Below are positions 9,850-20,300 of a DNA stretch of 64,000 nt, piece by piece. The stretch is from Thermoplasmatota archaeon. Lineage in GTDB: Archaea; Thermoplasmatota; JAKEGO01. The translations under genes and the position numbers were made by a program. The stretch lies in the NCBI GenBank assembly GCA_028279595.1, contig JANQNK010000020.1, forward strand, positions 1 through 64,000, read 5' to 3'. The notes below the pieces were generated by a model. It worked only from the letters and a program-made list of their open reading frames with translations, did no database searches and was not told the origin of the DNA. How positions within the stretch are numbered: the stretch's first letter is position 1; each line of letters starts with the position of its first letter.

Positions 9850-12678
9850 TCAAGCGTGGTTCGGTTCGTAGGGGTTGAAGGCCGGATCCCCCTGGAGTAT
9901 GAACTCGTTTATCGTGTCGCTGTCCGGTCCCCCGTTGTCCGTCCCCACGTCGCGGATGTACTTGTTCTTCGCGTCCATCAGCGCATAGCCCGTGGTCAGG
10001 TCCTCGAAGTTGTTGGCGATGATCCCGTCCTCGTTGGTCTTGTCGTAGATGTAACCGAGGAGGTTGGCGTACATGTTGAGGGCCAGGAGGTCTCCTAGCG
10101 TGGTGTCCGAGTTCGTGTCGGGGATCGGTACCACCGTTCCCCAGGACATCCTGGTCGCGCCCACGTAGGCGTTCATGCCTGCGTGGAGGAACGCCAGCGA
10201 GAGGGCGTTCTCGGGGTACAGACCGTCGATGCGTCCGGTGACGCAGGAGGACCCGAAGATGACGGTCGGACCGAAGTCCATGTACCTTACGTGTGCCACA
10301 TCGTAGGCTCCACCGCCGTAGGTGGCCTTGGATACCGGGTCCGGTATGCCGTCCGCGCCCTCCTGTGCGGTGGGAACGTACCAGTAGTAGAACCCGTGCG
10401 AGCAGAAGAAGATGAAGTTGGCGCTCTCGTAGCTGTCCTCGGTGTACTGTCTCCTGGAGAGCTGGTTGTAGTGCTCCTCTCCCTCGGGGCCAGTGTAGAA
10501 GCCGGCGGCCTGGGCCATCCTCTCGAACTTCTGGAGGTCGAGCGCTGCGACCTCGACGGGCGGTATCGTCCCGAGGGTTGTGTACGCTGACATCTTCCAC
10601 TCATCGTCGAGCTGTATGCCGTCGTTCGCATCCCCCCTGTGGTTGTCGATGATGTCCAAGTAGAATGCGCTCCTGGCGATGAGCGCGCTGATGTCCTGCG
10701 CGTCCCAGCCGGTGAACCTCCCAACGGCGACCTCGAAGTCCGGATCGTACTCGTTCACGTTGTCGTACGGAGCGTCGTTCGGGATTATCAGGTCGAAGGG
10801 GGCGTCGTACGGGTCAGCGTCGACGGACATGTAGAAGTTGTCGCTGGGCATGCCGAAGCCCTCGGTCGGGTCGCCCTGGCCCGATGCGTAGTAGAACTGC
10901 GGGATCATGTTCGAGTCTCCGACGATCGCGATGCAGAACTCATCGCCGTTGGAGTAGAAATCCTCCTGGTAGTCGGCGGCGAGGTTGACTATCATGTCGA
11001 TCTCCGCCGGTATCTCGTCGGGCATGTTCCTGTAGTCCACGAAATCGTAGTTCTGCGGATGGATCTCGACGCCCTTGAGCTGGCCGAGGGCCCAGATGAT
11101 GTCCTTCTTGACCAGAATGGCGCTCTGGTTGGCATCGTCCAGCGTGTCCTCGTTCGCTGCGGGCACGCCGCAGCCCTGGCATCCGATGTAACCGGGAGAA
11201 TGGACCGCGAACTGGGGTTTCGAGAGTATCAATCCCCCGTGATGCGCGGTGATGTAGCCGGCCATCGAGGAGGCGTCCTTCATGAGCGGATACACCGGGA
11301 CCTCGGCCATCTTGCCGGCATATCTCCCCTTCAGGGTCTCCATCTTGTCGATGTAGATGTCAATGGTGTACTCCGCCTCCCCGTCGTCGTCGGTCGGCAG
11401 CCTGGCCAGGACCTGGATGTCCATCGGCCCCTCGCTGTTGACCTGGGCCAGCTCCGTGTAGAAATGGGCCCAGATCGGTTTGCTCGTCGGGTCGTCCGGC
11501 TGGGCCGTGATGTACTTCGTTCCGGGCGAGCCGCCGAAGAAGTAGAGCTTGTCCTCGGCGTGGTCGGCGTTGATGGCGCCGTCCTCGTTGCCGTCGTAAC
11601 CTATGTAGGCATAGATCCTCTCGCCGGAATCGTGGGCGTTGCCTTCGGTCCGCAGGTCGGCGATGATCTCGGGGAGCGTGTAGGCGCTCAATCCATCGGC
11701 CTGGGACACGTCCATCTTGACATCCACCCTCAGGTTGGCGAAGTTCCAGCCTTCGGGTATCTCGAACCTTTCGATGGGGCCGTCGGGGGCATTTGGCGCC
11801 GCTCCGGGATAGTTGCCGGAGGATGAGTCCCCGACGACGTCCTCGAAGTGGTATTCCTCGGTCGCTGTGATAGTGTAATCATGAGAGTCCAGAGGGTTGG
11901 CGATCGTCAGGTAGTCGGCCTCGATCCCGAGACGGTCCTCGAGTATCGTCCTCGTCGTGTGGAATGCCAGTTCCGCGGTCTCGTACTCGGTGTAGATGTC
12001 GGAGTCGTGGCTCGTGACCGGGAACCTCATGACCTTTCCGTAACCGCCCGTGTTCCCGCAGACGATTGTGAACCTGACGCCGAGGTTCCTCAGGGTGCCC
12101 TTCACCGAACCGTCCACCTTGTCGGCGATTATCACCGGGATGTCAAGGTATGATGCCAGCGGCATCAGCATGGTCGCCATGTTGTAGCCCAGCTGGCTCG
12201 GTTCTACTATCATGGCTCCGTCGGACGCCACCCAGTTTTCGGAGGCGACCTCGAGGGAGACCATCTCCGGGTCCCCGTTTATCGAACGACGCCCCGATGC
12301 GACGATCTCCCCGACATCGCCGAGGGTGAGTACGTCGGAGTGGTCGTACATCATCAGGAACCTGTCCACTGCGCTCGACGGATCGTCCGATGTGGCGACG
12401 AGGAGCGGGACCTCGTGCAGGTCGTCCTGGTCGTCGTAGTACAGGGCCAGCGGAGTGCCTATGAGGGCGTAGAACGGGCTGTCGCTCGACGCGATGACGG
12501 CGCCCGGTTGACCGCCCCTGACGCTCTCCTGCGTCATGAGGTCGTTGACCGAGGCCCTCTTCTCGGAGCTGCCCTCGTCTGCATTCACATCGATGACGCT
12601 GAAGGCTGCAAGGAGAAGTACGAGTACGAATGATATCGCGACGATCTTTTTCATCCCGAGAGAAGTGTCCTCTATCAT
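9850..12678 (-). CDS. Secreted C25-family (gingipain-like) cysteine peptidase
   Basis: Signal peptide; IVGDSNMIP, SDNFY, VAVGRF, catalytic His in FFCSHG, catalytic Cys in GSSCVTG, AYVGATR, LQGDPA. Confidence 0.88.
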   Translation of the reverse strand: MIEDTSLGMKKIVAISFVLVLLLAAFSVIDVNADEGSSEKRASVNDLMTQESVRGGQPGAVIASSDSPFYALIGTPLALYYDDQDDLHEVPLLVATSDDPSSAVDRFLMMYDHSDVLTLGDVGEIVASGRRSINGDPEMVSLEVASENWVASDGAMIVEPSQLGYNMATMLMPLASYLDIPVIIADKVDGSVKGTLRNLGVRFTIVCGNTGGYGKVMRFPVTSHDSDIYTEYETAELAFHTTRTILEDRLGIEADYLTIANPLDSHDYTITATEEYHFEDVVGDSSSGNYPGAAPNAPDGPIERFEIPEGWNFANLRVDVKMDVSQADGLSAYTLPEIIADLRTEGNAHDSGERIYAYIGYDGNEDGAINADHAEDKLYFFGGSPGTKYITAQPDDPTSKPIWAHFYTELAQVNSEGPMDIQVLARLPTDDDGEAEYTIDIYIDKMETLKGRYAGKMAEVPVYPLMKDASSMAGYITAHHGGLILSKPQFAVHSPGYIGCQGCGVPAANEDTLDDANQSAILVKKDIIWALGQLKGVEIHPQNYDFVDYRNMPDEIPAEIDMIVNLAADYQEDFYSNGDEFCIAIVGDSNMIPQFYYASGQGDPTEGFGMPSDNFYMSVDADPYDAPFDLIIPNDAPYDNVNEYDPDFEVAVGRFTGWDAQDISALIARSAFYLDIIDNHRGDANDGIQLDDEWKMSAYTTLGTIPPVEVAALDLQKFERMAQAAGFYTGPEGEEHYNQLSRRQYTEDSYESANFIFFCSHGFYYWYVPTAQEGADGIPDPVSKATYGGGAYDVAHVRYMDFGPTVIFGSSCVTGRIDGLYPENALSLAFLHAGMNAYVGATRMSWGTVVPIPDTNSDTTLGDLLALNMYANLLGYIYDKTNEDGIIANNFEDLTTGYALMDAKNKYIRDVGTDNGGPDSDTINEFILQGDPAFNPYEPNHA

Positions 12679-12907
12679 CGTTCATTCCTCGGGTTTGCTA
12701 TTCCGTGGAAAATAATAAGGTTTATGGTGGAAATCGCCCGCACGGAGCCGTTCTTGATAACAACTGGAAGCGCGGATGATAACCTTTCATGCAACGGAGG
12801 AGGGTCATCCTGCCTTTACAAACTCACGCCAAATCGTCTGTAACGGTCACTGTTTTTGCACAAAATATATAGGCATGATTGTGATATGGGCAACCGGAGG
12901 CACTAGA

Positions 12908-13450
12908 ATGGAGAATGTAGAGGTCTTCCTCAAGTTCGATCCTCGCTACGGCGACGCCGAGAAGCTCGACCGACGGGTCTTCGACGCAGCCATCGAGTAT
13001 TATTCCTACATCCACGCCAAGAAGGTCGAGGAGATGACGAAGGACGACGCCTACCAGGCCCTCGCCGAGTACAGGGAGTACGCTCTCCGCGAGCATCTGA
13101 GATGGAAGTACATGGAGAACAAGATCCGCTCCCTGATGCACGATCAATGTGCCTATACCACGGACGAACCCGCACTCGCATGTTTCCACATACCAAACCT
13201 CATCGAGATCCCCATGGAACAGCACTTCGAGGTCTTCAACCGTGACCAGTTCCAGTGCAGGTACTGCGGTGTCACCGGAGAGGAAGAGGAGCTCGAGATC
13301 GATTTCATAACGCTGCCGGAAGAGGGTGGCACACTCGACTTGGACAACATCGTCACGGCATGCGTGGACTGCAAGAACAAGGTCCTCCTTTCCAGGTCCC
13401 GGCCCAAGCCCCCGGCCATGCCGAAGATGAAGAAAAAGGTCAAGCAATGA
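12908..13450 (+). CDS. HNH-fold Zn-binding protein with degenerate active site
   Basis: VFNRDQFQCRYCG...LEIDF...GG...NIVTACVDCK; GGAGG RBS before ATG 12908. Confidence 0.75.
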   Translation: MENVEVFLKFDPRYGDAEKLDRRVFDAAIEYYSYIHAKKVEEMTKDDAYQALAEYREYALREHLRWKYMENKIRSLMHDQCAYTTDEPALACFHIPNLIEIPMEQHFEVFNRDQFQCRYCGVTGEEEELEIDFITLPEEGGTLDLDNIVTACVDCKNKVLLSRSRPKPPAMPKMKKKVKQ

Positions 13451-14712
13451 GCAGGTCTGGCCGCTTTTACGCCGAGATATATGGCTGTTCGATGAACCGT
13501 GGTGAGGCCGAACTCTTTCTCCGGGAGATCGAAGAGCGGGGCCTTATTGCGGTCGACGACCCGAAGACCGCGGACGTCTCGTTCCTCTTCACCTGTACCG
13601 TGATCGACACCACCGAGAGGAAGATGTTGCAGGCGCTGGGATCGATCCCGGGTCCCCTTTACGTCGGCGGGTGCATGCCCACGGCCCAGGAGGAGCTCGT
13701 CCTGAGGACCCGGCCGGATGCACGACTGTTCGATCCCGAGGACTACCGCCAGATGCTCGAGGAGTCGCTTGACAGCATCGGCTCACGGAACGGACATGGA
13801 CCCGTTCGGGACGACAGGCGGGAGCGGAACGTCAGAAGGCATCCCCTCGGCGACGATTCGGTGATAATCCCGATCGCCAGCGGGTGCGACGGCCAATGTT
13901 CCTACTGCATAACCCGGATAGCCAGGCCGGAGCTCAGGTCGATGTCGATGGAGCAGATTTCCGACCTCGTCAACGGCTCCGGCAAGGCGGAGGTCCGCCT
14001 CTCCGCGCAGGACGCATCCGCCTACGGGATCGACATCGGCTCCGACCTCCCACAACTCCTGGAGAGGCTCTCGCGGGGCGACGGTCCAATGCTGAGGGTT
14101 GGTATGATGAACCCGCACACGCTCCTCCCGATACTCGACCGGACGGTCGAGGCCTATGACAGCCATCGGGTCTTTAAATTCCTCCATCTTCCCCTTCAAT
14201 CAGGGTCCGATCGGATCCTCAACGAGATGCGCCGTGAATACTCAGTATCCGAGTTTATCGAGATCGTCGATATGTTCCGGTCCAGATATCCCGGGATGAG
14301 CATCTCCACGGATGTGATCGTCGGATTCCCCGGCGAGACCGACGCCGACTTCGAGCTGACGGTCGCCGCCATCGAGGAGCTCAGGCCCGAGGTCCTCAAC
14401 GTCACACGTTTCTCTCCCAGACCCGGAACCCCTGCAGGGGACCTGATACCGGTTACGGGACGGATCGTGAAGGAGAGGTCCCGGGAGCTCACGGAGATGC
14501 ATAGAACCATGTCCGCCGAGAGGAACGAAGGCCGGGTGGGCACAAGGGCCGAGGTGATCGTCACCGAGCCGGGAAGGGACGGAACGTCAATGGCCAGGGA
14601 CATCGATTACAGGCCCTACGTCATTCCCGGTGAACACAATATCGGGACATGGCTCAACATCGTGGTAACCGATTCTACCGAGGCCTATCTCATAGGCGGA
14701 CCCGAGGAGTGA
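13447..14712 (+). CDS. MiaB-like tRNA methylthiotransferase (archaeal t6A37 methylthiotransferase type)
   Basis: YGCSMN, TCTVI, GGCMP, radical SAM CDGQCSYC, HLPLQSGS, IVGFPGET, C-terminal TRAM-like domain; ATGA overlap with the HNH gene. Confidence 0.92.
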   Translation: MSRSGRFYAEIYGCSMNRGEAELFLREIEERGLIAVDDPKTADVSFLFTCTVIDTTERKMLQALGSIPGPLYVGGCMPTAQEELVLRTRPDARLFDPEDYRQMLEESLDSIGSRNGHGPVRDDRRERNVRRHPLGDDSVIIPIASGCDGQCSYCITRIARPELRSMSMEQISDLVNGSGKAEVRLSAQDASAYGIDIGSDLPQLLERLSRGDGPMLRVGMMNPHTLLPILDRTVEAYDSHRVFKFLHLPLQSGSDRILNEMRREYSVSEFIEIVDMFRSRYPGMSISTDVIVGFPGETDADFELTVAAIEELRPEVLNVTRFSPRPGTPAGDLIPVTGRIVKERSRELTEMHRTMSAERNEGRVGTRAEVIVTEPGRDGTSMARDIDYRPYVIPGEHNIGTWLNIVVTDSTEAYLIGGPEE

Positions 14713-14821
14713 TGATTGAGCCTGAGACCATTACCTCCTTCGATCCCATCCCTCACTTTCGGTTGACGCGCTCGCCGCCCCCACGTTCTGGCGACAACGC
14801 GTTTCACTAGTTCTCCAATTG

Positions 14822-14829
14822 TTTATATA
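14822..14829 (+). promoter_or_regulatory. TATA box (leaderless cca transcript)
   Basis: TTTATATA about 26 nt upstream of ATG 14855. Confidence 0.6.
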
Positions 14830-14854
14830 CAGCCTTGGCGGATATTCCGGGGTC

Positions 14855-16204
14855 ATGTCGGCCGAGGCGCATGCGGAGGGTATGGTCCTCCCGTTGAGAC
14901 CCACGGACGAGGAGTCCGACTCGCTCTCGAATGCAGCGGACGCTCTCCTCGCCGAGGTCGGTCGGCTCTCGCAGGGCCGGTTCGAGCCCATACTCGTCGG
15001 CTCCGCCGCAAAGGGGACCTTCCTGGCGAACCCTGACATCGACGTCTTCATGATGTTCCCGGAGGAGACGTCGCGGGAGGAACTAGAGCGGATCGGTCTC
15101 GAGGTCGGAGCCGCCGTCCTCGACGGAGAGACGAGGTACGCCGAGCATCCATACACCCACGGCGACTTCATGGGGTTCGAGGCCGACGTCGTGCCCTGCT
15201 TCAAGATCGAGGACGCAACCAGGTTGAAGTCCAACGTCGACCGGACGCCCTTCCACACGGAGTTCATCATCGGGGAACTGCCGTCCGAGCGGAGGGACGA
15301 CGTCCTCCTCCTGAAGGGTTTCATGAAGGGGGTCGGGGTCTACGGGGCCGAGATAAGGGTGGAAGGCTTCTCCGGATACCTCTGCGAACTCCTCGTCATC
15401 AAGTACGGGCGTTTCATCGACGTCCTCAGAGCCGCCGCTCAGTGGGACGATGCTCCCATCCACATCATCGATCCCCCTGGAGGGTCCGATGCCTGGGACG
15501 ACGCCGAGATGAAGCCAGGCAGACCCAAGTTCCGGCGACCACTCAACGTGGTCGATCCCGTCGATCACACCAGGAACGTGTCTTCAGCGCTGTCGAGAAA
15601 TGCCCTGGACACCTTCGTCCTGGCGGCGACCGAGTACCTTTCGGAACCTGACGACAGGTTCTTCTTCCCCGTGCCGAGGAAGGTCCCGGACAGGGACGAA
15701 TGCATTGAGTGGCTCAAGGTTAGGGAGACGTTCACGGTCCACGTCCAGATGGACAGGCCTGACCTCATCGACGATGTCCTCTACTCCCAGATAAAGAAGG
15801 CCCACAACAAGCTCCTGGCCGCATTGAGCGAGGCGGAGTTCACAGTGGTCACGTCGGACATCCTCGCATCCGAACACATAGAGATCATCTTCGAGGCCCA
15901 TCCGGCCCTCCATCCCGAGACCATGGTCCGGCGCGGACCTCCCGAGGACAACAAGAACACGGAGAAGTTCCGCTCGAAGTGGGGAAAGAACGTCTTCTCC
16001 GAGGGCGGCCGCCTGTGGGCCGAGGTGCCGAGGAAGTTCAGGACCCCCGACGCGGCGATAGAGGCAGCTCTTGCTGACAGGGGTATCGGCAAGGACCTCA
16101 ACGAGGCCGGAAGGAGTGCAGTGATCACCACCGGCGACGACCTTTCCGGGAAGGTCGAGGCGATGTCCCTGCTAATGGACCGGCGGGTCCCCTGGCACCG
16201 CTAG
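14855..16204 (+). CDS. cca: Archaeal class I CCA-adding enzyme
   Basis: VGSAAKGTFL..PDIDVF, YAEHPY, DVVPC, DRTPFHT, GVYGAE...GFSGYLCELL, DPVD..RNV. Confidence 0.96.
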   Translation: MSAEAHAEGMVLPLRPTDEESDSLSNAADALLAEVGRLSQGRFEPILVGSAAKGTFLANPDIDVFMMFPEETSREELERIGLEVGAAVLDGETRYAEHPYTHGDFMGFEADVVPCFKIEDATRLKSNVDRTPFHTEFIIGELPSERRDDVLLLKGFMKGVGVYGAEIRVEGFSGYLCELLVIKYGRFIDVLRAAAQWDDAPIHIIDPPGGSDAWDDAEMKPGRPKFRRPLNVVDPVDHTRNVSSALSRNALDTFVLAATEYLSEPDDRFFFPVPRKVPDRDECIEWLKVRETFTVHVQMDRPDLIDDVLYSQIKKAHNKLLAALSEAEFTVVTSDILASEHIEIIFEAHPALHPETMVRRGPPEDNKNTEKFRSKWGKNVFSEGGRLWAEVPRKFRTPDAAIEAALADRGIGKDLNEAGRSAVITTGDDLSGKVEAMSLLMDRRVPWHR

Positions 16205-16264
16205 TACAGATTTTACTCATCCCAAATTGATCACTTATCAGCGGGTACTGGCTCCCGGAAAAAA

Positions 16265-17230
16265 CTAATCCTCAGAGTTGTCGTTGTCACCGAGGCGATC
16301 GAGGAGGGCCGCGACCATTAGTGGCACTAGGACAGTGGCCTCGCCCGGGATCGTGATGTGCTCGGCCTTGGGTCTCATCTTGCCCCACGAGACGGCCTCG
16401 CGCATCCGGGCGCCGGACAGCGAGCCGTCGTACTCCGGAGCTGTCGTGATGTAGACCGCCGAATCGAGCCCGTCCCTGAACTGATTCCACCAGATGACAT
16501 GGTGCTTGGAGATCCCGCCCCCGATTATGAAACCGCCCGTGTTCTCCGCAGAGAAGACGATATCGGAAAGGACCGACTCATCCGCGAGGACATCGATGTG
16601 GAAGTCCGGATGCGCCTGGCTGAACAGCCACAGCTGCGATCCGACCGCACCGTCCGTAATTCCGGGAACGATGACAGGTATCCTGTTCTTGGCGGCCCAG
16701 TAGACTATGGACGACTCGTCCGCCAGCTGCTCGCCCATCCGCCAGATGAGGTCGTGAGCCGCTATGGTCCGCACTCCTTCCTCGTACAGTTTCTCGAGGA
16801 ACGGCTGGATGTGGCTCTCTAGCGCTGGACCGTAGGTCTCCATAGGAACGAAGACGTTCCCGAGCCTGTGAATCTTCTGCTCGAGGAGTTCCACGTCGTC
16901 GGCGTCGAACGATCCCTTCTCGTAATTCCCCCATACGCGGGCGAGGTCGTGGTCGAGCGTCCCGCAGGTCGTGATGATCACGCCGACCATCCTCTGTTCG
17001 ACCAGGTGTCGAATGACGCCTCGGACACCGGTGCTGATAATGGCTGCAGGGAATGAAAGGAACACTGTGGACTTGCGTTTGTACATCCTCTCGAGGATCT
17101 CCACGCCCGCGGCAACCATGGGTGCTGTGAAGCCCCCGGCTTCCGAGAGCTGCTCCACGAGTTCGGAGACTCGGAGGTTCGCGTGGATATCGACGTCCTC
17201 TACTGGGTCCATCCCGCTGGCATCGGTCAT
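16265..17230 (-). CDS. dys: Deoxyhypusine synthase
   Basis: GGFTA, TGVRG, IHRLGNVFVP, PGITDGAVG, GGGISKHH, DGSLSGA..REAVSWGK; the start may instead be ATG 17212. Confidence 0.95.
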   Translation of the reverse strand: MTDASGMDPVEDVDIHANLRVSELVEQLSEAGGFTAPMVAAGVEILERMYKRKSTVFLSFPAAIISTGVRGVIRHLVEQRMVGVIITTCGTLDHDLARVWGNYEKGSFDADDVELLEQKIHRLGNVFVPMETYGPALESHIQPFLEKLYEEGVRTIAAHDLIWRMGEQLADESSIVYWAAKNRIPVIVPGITDGAVGSQLWLFSQAHPDFHIDVLADESVLSDIVFSAENTGGFIIGGGISKHHVIWWNQFRDGLDSAVYITTAPEYDGSLSGARMREAVSWGKMRPKAEHITIPGEATVLVPLMVAALLDRLGDNDNSED

Positions 17231-17355
17231 GTCTGTTATATGCCTTTGGATGGCCGGATGATTCATTTATGGATGGCCAGTATATGCAATATAGATGGTT
17301 GAACCAAAAGCGGTTAAATACATCCAGGCCGATGGTATGGCCAAGAGGGGCCACA

Positions 17356-20300
17356 ATGATTGGTAAGACCCTCCTCATGGTAGGAATAAGCCTCCTAATG
17401 GTCTCGATATCATTGACCGTTTGGACCGACGGTGCGGTCGCTGATACATACATTGTCGATGACGACGGCGGTCCGTGGGCGAACTACACCAAGATACAGG
17501 ACGCAGTCGACAACGCAACGAACGGAGATACCATCAGGGTGTATTCAGGATACTACATCGAGCGATTGACCGTCAGTGATAGTCTCACCATGGTCGGGAA
17601 CGGGACCGACGAAACGACCATAGACGGGGCATCAGCAGGTCGGATATTCCTTATCTTCAGCAACGAGGTCGATATTGCGCACATGAAGCTCATCAACGGG
17701 ACCTACGGCATCGACATGTCGCATTCGGACGGGTTCAGCGTCCGCAATCTCCTGATAGAGGACATGAACAATAACGGGATCTACATCAACTCCTCCGACA
17801 ATGGCGAGGTTCGGAACAGTACGATCAGGCAATGCAATTACGGGCTCAGTCTTCGGAACTCGCATTGGAACACCATTGGCAACGTTACAGCGGACATGAA
17901 CAGCCATATGGGGATAGAGCTCTCGGCATCCACATTCAACGAGATAACTGGTTCTGAAATGAGGTACACTGGTGGTGGAGGCGGTCAGTACGGACTCTAT
18001 ATCGGGGAATCGAACAACAATACTGTGGAACGGTGCCACATTCACAACAATTCAGGACACGGGCTCCTCGTATATCGGTCCGATGGCATCAGGATCTCAA
18101 ACAGTTCAGTGAGCTCGAACGACAAGGATGGCATCGCCTTCGAAGGGTCCGATGAGTCGAGGATATCTGAATGTCTACTACACTCGAACACCTATTATGG
18201 AATAAGCCTCAAGGACGCGAGCAGCAGCAACAGGGTGCTCTACAATCAGTTCATTGACAATCCGGGGAATTCCTCGCAGGCCTACGACGACACACCCGGG
18301 AACAGTTGGGACAACGGCAGTTATGGCAATCACTGGAACGACTACGCCGGCTCTGATTCCAACGGTGACGGCATCGGCGACTCACCCTACGACATCGATG
18401 GTTCAGGCATCTACAGCGGAGCTGAGGACGGATATCCATGGCTCAAGGTCGTCGAGGCGAATGAGGTACCGATCGGGAATATCACCTCGATCAGTCCCGA
18501 TCCTGTCAGGGAAGGCAAGAACGTCACCTTCACCGCTGAATCCTACGACGAGGACGGGTCCGTCGCTCGGTACGTTTGGAGATCATCGATAAACGGGGAG
18601 TTCTACAACGGATCGTCGGATACCACGATGATCGACACCCTGTCCGTCGGCAACCACACGATCACTCTTCAGGTCCAGGACGACGACGGGGACTGGAGTG
18701 TCGAGGATTCCGCAAACCTCACTGTCCTGGAGAAGGTGGTCCGGGAGAACACCCCTCCGACGGCCGCCATCGACCATATCTCACCATCTCCCGCAAGGAA
18801 TGGCACTAACATCACCTTCGCCGGGAACGGGAGCGACGAGGACGGAGATGTCGTCAGGTTCGAATGGCGGTCGTCGATCGACGGCGTCTTCTACAACGGG
18901 ACCGAGTCAACCACGATAGAGCGTAACCTGTCGGTAGGGAACCACACCGTCTATCTGAGGGTGATGGACGACAACGACACGTGGAGCGACGATGTATCCG
19001 AAAGACTTCGCATCTACGAAAGGAATTCCACCAATCAGAGGCCCATTGCGATCATCGTCAAGATAGATCCGAGGGAGGAGTCCAACCTCACTCAGAGCGT
19101 GACCTTCTACGCCGGAGGGGAGGATGTCGACGGCGATATCGTCAGGTATCGCTGGAACTCCTCCGTCGACGGCGTCTTCTACAACGGAACGGAGAACAGC
19201 ACGACATACGGCAACCTGTCGGCCTGGTTCCATTACATCTCCCTGATGGTGATGGACGACAACGGGTCCTGGAGCGATCCCGTCACCTGGCACTACCGGG
19301 TCATCCCTCCGAACTCGATCCCCATCGCGACGATACTCACGATCGATCCCTTCAATGCCACCGAAGGGGATCCAGTGCTGTTCGACGGAGCTGGTAATGA
19401 CACCGATGGTTTCATCACCAGATACCAGTGGCACTCGGACATCGACGGTTTCCTTCACAACGCGACCGATGAATATGAAATATCGTTCTGGAGGTGGCTC
19501 TCTAACGGGACGCACCTCATATCATTCCGTGTCAAGGACATCAGGGGAGAATGGAGCGAGAACGCGACAGCAATAATCCATGTCAACGGGATCCCAAGGG
19601 GCAGGATCGTCAGCACTGGACCTGCTCCAGCCCTCGAAGGAGAGGTGGCGTGGTTCAACGCGCACGGAAGTGATGATTCTGGGATCTCCAGGTATAGGTG
19701 GACGTCGAGCATCGACATGGAGTTCTACAATGGTACTTCGTCCGGATTCAACACAAGGAACCTGTCGGCTGGGACACACGCCATAACCCTATCCCTGATG
19801 GACACGGACGGTCTATGGGCGATCGTCGATTCGACATCTTTTATGGTGGACCATCCCCCTATTGTCACCGTCAACATGACCTCGATCCCCGATGTCATGG
19901 ATAGGAACCTGACCATCGACGGGACAGCTCATGACATCGACGGGAACATCTCCCTTGTCGAGATCTCCATCGACGATGGACCGTGGTCCAGCGTCAATGG
20001 GACGGCCGAGTGGTCATACTGGCTTGTCGTGGTCAATCTTACGAACGGAAACCACTCCATCAGGGTCCGGTCCTTCGACGGCTACCATTACAGCGAGGTC
20101 GTCGATCTGACGGTCATCGTTGACATCCAGGCCGTAGACGTCGGCGAGGGGAAGGAGGGCAAGGGTGGGGCGTCTCCGGTGTTCCTCTACATCCTGCTGG
20201 TGGTCGCTGCCATCGTTATCGCGGTCCTCATGACGGAACCCGGCCGATACATGGCCATCTTCATGGTCGCCCCCGTCTACACCAAGGTCCGAAAGCCAGA

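Noticed and set aside
12776-12907. Tracked N-terminal extensions of several genes (HNH 12776, methylthiotransferase 13255, rpoK 36413, PMDh-S 42506, ubiX 42946, A2M 51132, pheT 52778)
   Set aside because: Homology, RBS/TATA position or ATGA coupling point to downstream starts.
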